A DNA stretch of 50,499 bases, taken from the NCBI GenBank assembly GCA_002774225.1, contig PEYW01000006.1, positions 1 through 50,499 of the forward strand, read 5' to 3'. Below are positions 28,001 through 34,901 of the stretch, in pieces (within the stretch, counting starts at the first letter, position 1; every line of letters starts with the position of its first letter). This DNA comes from a candidate division WWE3 bacterium CG08_land_8_20_14_0_20_43_13 (GTDB lineage: Bacteria > Patescibacteriota > WWE3 > PEYW01). Made by a program: the position numbers and the translations under genes. The notes beneath the pieces were generated by a model, which saw only the letters and a program-made list of their open reading frames with translations, made no database searches and was not told the origin of the DNA.

Positions 28001-28562
28001 TTATGATCACTACTATGCTCTGCTTGCCCCAAGTGATAATAGAACTATTAATGAAATTAATAACGACACACCCGTTGATCCCAATACCGTTGTTAACATT
28101 ACCCCAAGCGGCGGTACTCTAAATGTTTCAGTTTCTTCAAATAGTTTTAACAACAAACAGGCTGTTTTTTTGGTTGACGGGGATTTAAACTTCTCTTTGG
28201 AATTTAATCCCAGCGGTTCGTCTTATTTATTCATTGTTTCCGGTAATGTTACTGTCTCCCCCTCCGTGGGCGGTACTTTGAACAACATTAACCAATCGGC
28301 TCATATTGAGGCGGCGATCTTGGCTGATGGCACTTTCTCTACCGGCACAAACGGTTCGGCCGACGATCAATTAAAGATTAAGGGAGTAGCGGCCGCTCTT
28401 GGAGTTGGAGGTTTTTCTTTTGAAAGAGACCTTGGATCAAGTCCGACCGGTATTAATAACAGCCGTCCAGCGGAATTATTCTCTTACAGCCCCCGCTATC
28501 TTCTTTCTAGTTTTTTGATAAATCAAGGCAGTAATCGCTATGCATCTTGGAAAGAGCTTTAA
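25047..28562 (+). CDS. Giant secreted Cys-rich protein, candidate pilus-associated adhesin
   Basis: Signal peptide MPKFIRILTISAILLGAYLFIFSGRVKA. There are 10 Cys in the first ~80 mature residues. An internal CarboxypepD_reg/SdrD-B-like segment reads TVSGTVYDK...GVSVVLTS...NSLGQYSFSGVP. The C-terminal module (28161-28559) is shared with the next gene. Confidence 0.6.
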   Translation: MPKFIRILTISAILLGAYLFIFSGRVKATCDDPTCHLVQDFEICKSKSSTNTGCYTNYFGYHCLEQRISPVRTCDLTPWGYPGEEGYAFYAPCWWNSCDTCCTDGSGPETSNFNATIYASNTGAQRWTENCYTTSGNRCPATNTFGYNGVSLSCLTAGCSVWSGWDCTDGACGHANLTGESGIIELRLNRNPAYNSCKWYVTRFDLGNAPSGESGTDCTAVFNLPGNSDWQSGVHFMMQSCRFKSCSFSNASDNNISDGINDWWCIANDYQGCQFSRSGTQTVNGQVNPGFWEGAIPRANESSVLWGEREVYVDNVNNYQIEARVRVDDRAEVFVEKVGAPLVSVSAASPVNLDACTACAAGVGCNSNCQDAWVRYQVTLPQDGDYIMNVNLKHDRGCESDQLFYRFYFGSDFYTYSAIRGNDSWEWAMIDIGTRTAGTHNFGFALGHDCPAPDLNAYVYNTTIRGILVNGFTFNRYIPEISPRWNTTGPSWSGNYAGQWTNYVDITSQFQTGWNIVRFMAEDTWSPSRFFDFDLNVSANPAPVCTTSNPPGTSPQIIAACESPNPMSVSGTDSDFDAFGGGESIAVNWGVTSGTFLPGSCAGVSGAFSCSSVGWTPPTGLTGIFNNTYLHNPSVTDSTARTDTCPSIGFTVVNNLPSANLGAADPVNIYSGQLINSLAIAGVHPSPDSACDYLDNTVGPGVTLLNITCLGTPTVYDLAANYCGRSVLNDTCDFSSFIAPTLPVNVAYADCTVAVRVTDQFGASQAVVLPLPLRINNFAMTVSGTVYDKTVDACTDDNFFIEGVSVVLTSPGGCIGTTRTAAANSLGQYSFSGVPYCPGLNYTLALDLTGSWSSFSHSGCPGLDPGYNVPADGLSNLNFGITYLPANGWYQLEGGGSVYSPCESGFCSVGGIGFAPPLDGYGYNFYGSSQNPVNYIAQYAPFDSLVISQAASFNFNPISQVGVPPWLVEGYQNESFFGVSTFSSFYDHYYALLAPSDNRTINEINNDTPVDPNTVVNITPSGGTLNVSVSSNSFNNKQAVFLVDGDLNFSLEFNPSGSSYLFIVSGNVTVSPSVGGTLNNINQSAHIEAAILADGTFSTGTNGSADDQLKIKGVAAALGVGGFSFERDLGSSPTGINNSRPAELFSYSPRYLLSSFLINQGSNRYASWKEL

Positions 28563-30444
28563 GCTGGTATTTTGTTTTACCGTATGTCTATTTGTGTTTT
28601 TAGTGCTGGGGTGCGATAGCCTTGCTGATTATGGTGACACTACCCCGCCCGTTTCTGATCTTTCCTGTTCTCCCGATTCCCCTGACGGTTCAAATGGCTG
28701 GTACCGCTCATCTCTTTCTTGCGCTATTTCTTCTGATGATTTAGTTTCGGGAGTAAAATCTATTAACTGGCGTGTGGACAGTAATCCTTGGCAGACGCAG
28801 AGTTTTCTTCCCAATCCAAATTTGGCAGTTAACAGTTCTTTTGAAGAAGGAGATGGACTTTACAACATTGATTTGTGGGGAAAAGCTGGGTCTGCCAGTT
28901 TTTTTCACAATAGCAGCAACTTCTTCAATGCCACTTATAGTGCTTCGATTAATAGTTCGGTTGCCGATTGGTCTTACTGGCATAACAAAATTAATTACGC
29001 GGTGGCTCGAGTTTGGCAGGATATTTCGGTTTCGGTGTGGGTAAAGACTCAAAATATTCAAGGTCAAGGCGCAAAAGTAGAGCTTTACGAGCTAACTTCC
29101 GAAGGGGAGTTTTTGCTTGCCGCTTCCTCCTACTTAACCGGGACCGTCGATTGGACAAGAGTTTCCTTGAACAGTATGCTTGTTCATGAAGATGCGTATG
29201 GAGTATATGTAAAGCTTGGGCTTGATGGTGTTGGTACGGTTTGGTTTGACGCTATTACCATAAAAGAAACACCTTCCGATTCCGCTGTTTCCCTTATTCT
29301 TTCTCAAGAGGGAACTCATACTCTTGATTACTACGCTGTTGACCATGAAAATAACCAGGAAACAGTCAAAAATTTTAATTATAAATTAGATACCGCGCCT
29401 CCCGGTAATTGGCGGGATTTTGATGTTTTCCGGATTTGGGGATCCGACCATGAGCTATATTCCATAATTAGGGTCAGCGATGCCGCGTCCGGCCTTCAGC
29501 CCTTTACCGATGAGTTCCAATATTCAGTTGACGCGGGCGGGCATTGGGGTTACTACTCTAACCTTTTGAGTTGCAGTAGCACTTGGAATGAGGGCGGTTG
29601 GCGCGGGGTTTTTTCACTTTTCCCCTGGCCCGGGGTAAATGACCTGCTCTTGGTTACTCCCAAGATTGATTACTGTAATTCTAATTGGGCTGTTTGTAAA
29701 ATCATTCGGTTTCGTATTTTTGACATGGCGGGCAATTCAGCTAGTACTGATGTTTGCATTAATGGCGCTTGGTTGGACTCTCAAGATGGGATGATCGGCG
29801 CCCGCGCTAATATCGAAATGAGCGCTCGCGGCAGCGGTGGTTACACTACTAATGATTTGGTAATTGCTGGCGGATCATACGCTAACCAAATCACTTCTTC
29901 TAATAGGTGGATTATTACTGACTATCCCATGGAGATTCCATGGGATTACAGCGCTTGGTTGGATTATGTGCCAGCAAAAACAGCGGCAGCGACCCTGCCG
30001 ACTAGTAGCGGCGTTTATTTAATAGATTCTGATCTGACTATTACCAGTAGTAATATTCCAGGCACTTTTAGCACTGCCGTTTTCTCGGCTGTTTTGTTTG
30101 TTAATGGCAACATTAGGATACGAGACAACTTAATCCTAAGCGATTCCAGCGCAATGGTTTTTATTATCAGCGGCGACTTGGATGTTGAGGGGCAAGTCAC
30201 CCGGGTTGATGGGTTTTATTTAGTAGATGGTAATTTTAATTCTTCTTACAACGGCGGCAACAACCAGCCTGCCTTGCAGGTTAGGGGCGGGGTGACAGCC
30301 GAAACTTTTCTTCTCCCCCGCAGCCTTAAAAATTACGACAATATTGATAATCCGGCGGAGCGATTTACTTTCGAACCCCGCTATTACGAGTTACTGCGCT
30401 TGTATCTGGGAAGCTCAAAGTCGGTATTTTGGCACGAAGATTAG
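28540..30444 (+). CDS. Large secreted lipoprotein with a CBM-like N-terminal region and the shared C-terminal module
   Basis: MHLGKSFKLVFCFTVCLFVFLVLGC is a lipobox-compatible signal. NSSFEEGDG...W resembles the carbohydrate-binding (CBM4/9-type) opening strand. The C-terminal 118 aa are homologous to the C-terminus of the 1171-aa protein. It overlaps the upstream gene by 23 nt. Confidence 0.6.
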   Translation: MHLGKSFKLVFCFTVCLFVFLVLGCDSLADYGDTTPPVSDLSCSPDSPDGSNGWYRSSLSCAISSDDLVSGVKSINWRVDSNPWQTQSFLPNPNLAVNSSFEEGDGLYNIDLWGKAGSASFFHNSSNFFNATYSASINSSVADWSYWHNKINYAVARVWQDISVSVWVKTQNIQGQGAKVELYELTSEGEFLLAASSYLTGTVDWTRVSLNSMLVHEDAYGVYVKLGLDGVGTVWFDAITIKETPSDSAVSLILSQEGTHTLDYYAVDHENNQETVKNFNYKLDTAPPGNWRDFDVFRIWGSDHELYSIIRVSDAASGLQPFTDEFQYSVDAGGHWGYYSNLLSCSSTWNEGGWRGVFSLFPWPGVNDLLLVTPKIDYCNSNWAVCKIIRFRIFDMAGNSASTDVCINGAWLDSQDGMIGARANIEMSARGSGGYTTNDLVIAGGSYANQITSSNRWIITDYPMEIPWDYSAWLDYVPAKTAAATLPTSSGVYLIDSDLTITSSNIPGTFSTAVFSAVLFVNGNIRIRDNLILSDSSAMVFIISGDLDVEGQVTRVDGFYLVDGNFNSSYNGGNNQPALQVRGGVTAETFLLPRSLKNYDNIDNPAERFTFEPRYYELLRLYLGSSKSVFWHED

Positions 30445-30505
30445 GGTATCAACATATGCTATTCTTTAATTCGTATATCTAATAATTCTTGTAATTATAG
30501 TTGTT

Positions 30506-31558
30506 ATGGGGAGTTTTGTTGGTTTAGATATTGGCTCACATACCGTTAAGGCGATCCAGCTTGCTAGGAAGGGAGAAAATGTCTTTCTTTTCGCCGCGTA
30601 TCGACAGCCGACACTGGAGAGAAAAATAAGCGCGGAGTCTCAAGAAGATGTAAAATTTTGGGCGGCTTATCTAAAAACTTTTTTTTCGGAAGGGCGATTT
30701 AGTTCACGGGATGTAGTGGTAGGCTTACCGGAATCTCAAGTTTTTACCAGAGTCATCAGTGTTCCCAAAATGAGCCAGGCTGAATTGCGCACCGCTATAA
30801 AATGGGAGGCGGAGCAATACATTCCGATTCCTCTAAGAGATGTTTCTATGGATTACGAGTTGATAAGCGACGACACTTCCAACAAAGATAACTCAAAAAT
30901 GGAGGTTTTGCTGGTAGCCGCCCCTCTAAAATTAGTTAAATCTTATATTTCTATATTGGAGGCCGCTTCGTTAAATCCCATTGGGTTGGAAACAGAGGGT
31001 TTAGCAGTGGCAAGAGGCGCTTTGGGTAATTTTGACGGTCCTACCACAATAATAGTAAATATCGGCGCCGTAACTACCGATTTAGTTATTGTTTCAAATA
31101 AGCATGTTCGTTTTACCCGCAGCATTTCTACTGGGGGTTTTGCGCTTGCTCGCGCCGTTTCTCAAGCGCTAGGTTTTGAGATGGACCAAGCCGAGCAGTA
31201 TAAAGTAACCTATGGTCTAGATGAAACCCAGTTGGAAGGCAAGGTAATGCAGGCAATAAAGCCCATTATCGATGTAATTATTTCTGACATAAAAAGATCA
31301 CTGTCTTTTTATGGCAATCGCTACCCGGACGACTCAGTTAAACAAGCGGTTATTTGTGGTGGAACAGCCTCTCTGCCAGGACTTCTTTCCTATTTAGCCG
31401 GTTTGCTTGGTCTAGAAGTGCGTTTGGCAAACTCTTGGGAAAAGATCAGCTTTGAATTACCAAAAAAATCTCCTCTCAAGAAAGATGATTTACCTGTCCT
31501 TAGATCACAAAACCTTAGTTTTACAGTAGCGGTTGGACTGGCTTTAAAAGAGTATTAG
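30506..31558 (+). CDS. pilM: Type IV pilus assembly protein PilM (actin-like ATPase fold)
   Basis: VGLDIGSHTVKAIQL phosphate-1 motif. VNIGAVTTDLVIV. ICGGTASLPGL. Length ~350 aa. Confidence 0.9.
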   Translation: MGSFVGLDIGSHTVKAIQLARKGENVFLFAAYRQPTLERKISAESQEDVKFWAAYLKTFFSEGRFSSRDVVVGLPESQVFTRVISVPKMSQAELRTAIKWEAEQYIPIPLRDVSMDYELISDDTSNKDNSKMEVLLVAAPLKLVKSYISILEAASLNPIGLETEGLAVARGALGNFDGPTTIIVNIGAVTTDLVIVSNKHVRFTRSISTGGFALARAVSQALGFEMDQAEQYKVTYGLDETQLEGKVMQAIKPIIDVIISDIKRSLSFYGNRYPDDSVKQAVICGGTASLPGLLSYLAGLLGLEVRLANSWEKISFELPKKSPLKKDDLPVLRSQNLSFTVAVGLALKEY

Positions 31559-31594
31559 CTTGCTTTTGATGTTTTTTTATACTAGCATTATTTT

Positions 31595-32176
31595 ATGCCT
31601 CCAATCCAATTTTCCGGCATATCGCTTCTCCCGGAAGATTTACAAAAATTAAAGCAAAGAGATGTAAAAAATAAAAAGGTTAACATGGTTTCGTTGATTA
31701 TTCTTTTTTTCTTTATCATTTCGTCCGGCTCTTTGTTTTTTGTTGGCCGTTACTTTGCTGGTCGGGTCTTGAGCATAGAAGATGGTATAGCTACCCAAAA
31801 AAACCAAGTGAGTAAACTCGCGGACACGGAAAATTTGATCTTTTCTTTTTCGCATCGTCTTGGGGCATTGGACCTAATATTGAGTTCCCGTCAGTACTAT
31901 TCCTTACTAATCACAGTTTTGGGCAGGATTTTGCCGGATTATGTTGTTATTTCTGATGTTTCTTTAGACAAAAGCCAAGCGCGCCTCTCTGGTTCAGCTC
32001 TTAATTTTAATTCACTAGCTTCCTTTATTTCCAATGTTAGTTTAGAGGGAAAGGGTGCCTCTACCTTCTCTGGGGCGGAACTTACTGGTACTAGTCTAGA
32101 TAAACGTTCCGGAGCAGTTAATTTTTCTGTTAACCTTTCCTTAAAAGAGGGGGGTTTAAAAAATGTCTCAAAATAA
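31595..32176 (+). CDS. pilN: PilN-like pilus assembly protein
   Basis: ISLLPED resembles the INLLP motif and is followed by a single TM helix (VSLIILFFFIISSGSLFFV). Immediately downstream of pilM. Confidence 0.65.
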   Translation: MPPIQFSGISLLPEDLQKLKQRDVKNKKVNMVSLIILFFFIISSGSLFFVGRYFAGRVLSIEDGIATQKNQVSKLADTENLIFSFSHRLGALDLILSSRQYYSLLITVLGRILPDYVVISDVSLDKSQARLSGSALNFNSLASFISNVSLEGKGASTFSGAELTGTSLDKRSGAVNFSVNLSLKEGGLKNVSK

Positions 32177-32897
32177 AAGTTTAACCTTATCATTAAAAGA
32201 TAGTATTTCTCTTTTATCCATCGGAAGATTTAGGGCTTATTTGGTGCCTTTTATTTCTGGTGTCTTATGTCTTATTTTGGGGTTATTAGTAATCAAACCA
32301 TCTATTAGTAATATTTCTTTATTGCTTAATAGTAAAAAGAGTTTAGAAGCGGAGTTGGCCAGTTTAACTGGATACAATGATTCCCTTAAAAGTTACACTG
32401 CCTATTTTTCTGATATACAAGGGAACTATCAAGTTTTGGAACAGGCGATTCCTTTGGATGATGATATCCCTTTCTTAATGACGCAGGTCCAGCAAATCGC
32501 CTCCTCTTCTGGAGTTTTGGTTAACAGTCTTCAATACAGCGGCGGCAGCAAGTCCTCTTTAGAGGATACTAAAGCGGTGAATTCTTCCGCTGTTAGTTAT
32601 GGTCGGGTTCGTTTAGCTATATCCGGCGCTGGTTCTCCGGCAACATTTCTTTCCTTTTGTCAAAATATAGAAAAAGCCTCAAGACTTTTAGACATTGATA
32701 CATTTAGATATTCCTATTCGCAGGAAGACAATTCCGTCAGTTTTAATTTAGGCCTTGTTTCTTATTATCTTCCTCCCAGTAAAGCAGCAAAGGATTTTGC
32801 CGTATCGCAGATATCAGCTCTTGATTTGAAAAGTCCCGAAGTAAAAGAGATATTAGAAGAGGTAAAAAGTCTAAAATATTACGATGTTGAGAATTAG
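32163..32897 (+). CDS. pilO: PilO-like pilus assembly protein
   Basis: Single TM helix followed by a coiled-coil-like segment (LLLNSKKSLEAELASLTGYNDSLK). It overlaps pilN by 14 nt. The call rests on position and architecture only. Confidence 0.5.
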   Translation: MSQNKSLTLSLKDSISLLSIGRFRAYLVPFISGVLCLILGLLVIKPSISNISLLLNSKKSLEAELASLTGYNDSLKSYTAYFSDIQGNYQVLEQAIPLDDDIPFLMTQVQQIASSSGVLVNSLQYSGGSKSSLEDTKAVNSSAVSYGRVRLAISGAGSPATFLSFCQNIEKASRLLDIDTFRYSYSQEDNSVSFNLGLVSYYLPPSKAAKDFAVSQISALDLKSPEVKEILEEVKSLKYYDVEN

Positions 32898-32903
32898 GCT
32901 AGA

Positions 32904-33164
32904 TTAAGAAGGCGGTTTTTCTTTGGAGGGTTCTTCTAATAAGCTAATCCAAACTTTATATCCTTCTCTTGCCGCCTTAATTTGAGCAATTTTCCTAATG
33001 GCGTTTATACTCTTACCCTCTTTGCCAATTACTACCCCCATATCTTGTGGGGCGACTTTAATTGTATAGTTAAACACTCCGTCTTTAGCTTCTTCTTCCC
33101 CAACCCCCACTTCTTCGGGAGAGTTAACAATTGATTTTACAAGAAATTCAAGTAAATCCTTCAT
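32904..33164 (-). CDS. KH-domain RNA-binding protein (UPF0109/YlqC family)
   Basis: GVVIGKEGKSINAIRKIA contains a GxxG KH motif. It lies directly downstream of rpsP, as in many bacteria. Confidence 0.8.
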   Translation of the reverse strand: MKDLLEFLVKSIVNSPEEVGVGEEEAKDGVFNYTIKVAPQDMGVVIGKEGKSINAIRKIAQIKAAREGYKVWISLLEEPSKEKPPS

Positions 33165-33169
33165 ATCCG

Positions 33170-33442
33170 CTATGTTTTTTTAGTGCTTCCATGATAGGGA
33201 GAAAATTTATAGACCCCATCTAATAGGTCACTTACCGCCTTACTTAATTGGGCTCCGTTCTCTATCCATTTGTTGAGCCTTTCCTTATCAACGGCGAACC
33301 TACCCGCCTCTTTTTGGAATGGGTCAAAATGGCCAAGAATATCCAGCGACCGGCCGTTTCTTTTACTTTGTGAATTGATGGCCACAATTCTATAGGCAGG
33401 ACGGTTTTTTTTGCCCACTTTTGCTAATCTGATTTTTACCAT
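33170..33442 (-). CDS. rpsP: 30S ribosomal protein S16
   Basis: MVKIRLAKVGKKNRPAYRIVA...W...GAQLS. Confidence 0.95.
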   Translation of the reverse strand: MVKIRLAKVGKKNRPAYRIVAINSQSKRNGRSLDILGHFDPFQKEAGRFAVDKERLNKWIENGAQLSKAVSDLLDGVYKFSPYHGSTKKT

Positions 33443-33457
33443 AGTCTGTCTATTTTA

Positions 33458-34153
33458 CTAAATTTTACCCCAAATCTCAAGAGCTCTTTTAGCCGCCTCT
33501 TGTTGGGCATCTTGTTTGCTTCCTCCAAGACCTTCTCCATAGAATTTATCGTCAAGATACACCCCCACTTTAAAAGTTTTGTCGTGATCTGGCCCCCAAT
33601 CTTCAATAACTCGATAGTTTGGCGTTATTCCCTTTAATTCTTGAGCAAGTTCCTGAAATGTGCTCTTGGCATCTTTGAATAGATTATTATCCACTACCTC
33701 TTTTACAGCCGTAAATAATGAATGCTCCAGGAATTTTCTGCAACAATGTATGTCGTTGTCCATATATATTGCTCCAAGGACGGCTTCGAATGTATTTGCC
33801 AGTATATACTCTCTGTCTCTGCCGCCGGTGGATTCTTCCCCTTTTGATAAAAGCAAAAATTCTCCGTAACCCAGGTTTTTTGATGCCAGTGCCAAAGACT
33901 CGGTACAAACTACCGCCGCCCTGATGTTGGTTAATTTCCCTTCGGGGAAGTAGGGGTATTTTTTATACAAATACTCCGATGACAAAAATTGAAGAATCGC
34001 GTCCCCTAAAAATTCTAGCCGTTCGTTTGATTGGAATCTATAGCCTTTGTTCTCATTAAGATACGACCGATGGGTAAAGGCTATTCTATATAAATCGATG
34101 TCGTTTATCTTTATTTCTAAGATACTCTCCAATTTGGAGTTAAAATTATCCAT
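33458..34153 (-). CDS. rnc: Ribonuclease III
   Basis: NERLEFLGDAIL signature and a C-terminal dsRBD (GPDHDKTFKV...GGSKQDAQQEAAKRAL). Confidence 0.95.
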   Translation of the reverse strand: MDNFNSKLESILEIKINDIDLYRIAFTHRSYLNENKGYRFQSNERLEFLGDAILQFLSSEYLYKKYPYFPEGKLTNIRAAVVCTESLALASKNLGYGEFLLLSKGEESTGGRDREYILANTFEAVLGAIYMDNDIHCCRKFLEHSLFTAVKEVVDNNLFKDAKSTFQELAQELKGITPNYRVIEDWGPDHDKTFKVGVYLDDKFYGEGLGGSKQDAQQEAAKRALEIWGKI

Positions 34154-34234
34154 TTCTCACAAACGACTAACTTACTGATTTATTGGCTGTTTACTTACCA
34201 ATAAAGCAATAAACTAGCAATTTTTGAATTAAAT

Positions 34235-34678
34235 TTATGCAAATTCTTGCGGTATTATAACTTGCACAATTGTTCCCAGTACCCCATTAACAAATTTGCC
34301 CGATGTTTCTCCGCCAAACTCTTTTGCCAGCTCTATGGCCTCATTTATACCGACTTTGTAAGGAGTGTCTTGAGAGATTACCAGTTCGTAGACAGCGATT
34401 CTTAGGCAAATCAGATCAACCGTATTAATTTGCTCCAGCGGCCAGTCCGGGGCAGTATTTCTTATAATATCATCAATCAAGTCCTGATTATCCAGTACCC
34501 CATCCACAATCGTTTTTAATCTTTCGGCATCAATTTTTTCGTTTTCTACTTCTAAACCTTCTTCAGCTTGGGCCCTTAATACATTAAAATCCTTTTCTCC
34601 CAATGGGTTATTGTGAGCGAATAGAATAGCCAACGCCAACCTTCTTGACTGATGCCTGGGGTCGTAATTTTTGGGCAT
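34235..34678 (-). CDS. nusB: Transcription antitermination factor NusB
   Basis: RRLALAILF...[25 protein letters not shown]. Confidence 0.85.
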   Translation of the reverse strand: MPKNYDPRHQSRRLALAILFAHNNPLGEKDFNVLRAQAEEGLEVENEKIDAERLKTIVDGVLDNQDLIDDIIRNTAPDWPLEQINTVDLICLRIAVYELVISQDTPYKVGINEAIELAKEFGGETSGKFVNGVLGTIVQVIIPQEFA

Positions 34679-34701
34679 AAAGCGATCTTCGAGCTAATTT
34701 C

Positions 34702-34854
34702 TTAATAGTCTCCGCATTTAGGACAGGCACGATGGGGTCTCTTTGTTGTTCCACATTTTGCGCAGGACGATCCAGCAAGCGTCTTTAGCGCGTTATGAGA
34801 TCGCCGCTGACGAGTCTTTGATTTTGAGACTTTTTCCTTTGGTGTTGCTGCCAT
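34702..34854 (-). CDS. rpmF: 50S ribosomal protein L32 (50 aa, below the ORF-track cutoff)
   Basis: Manual translation gives MAATPKEKVSKSKTRQRRSHNALKTLAGSSCAKCGTTKRPHRACPKCGDY. It has the basic N-terminus with SK.R.R.R.H and a CxxC...CxxC zinc ribbon with PHR.CP.CG.Y. Confidence 0.85.
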   Translation of the reverse strand: MAATPKEKVSKSKTRQRRSHNALKTLAGSSCAKCGTTKRPHRACPKCGDY

Positions 34855-34901
34855 ATGGCGATTATAATATCAGGCTGTTTTAGTTAAGTCAATAATCTTG
34901 A

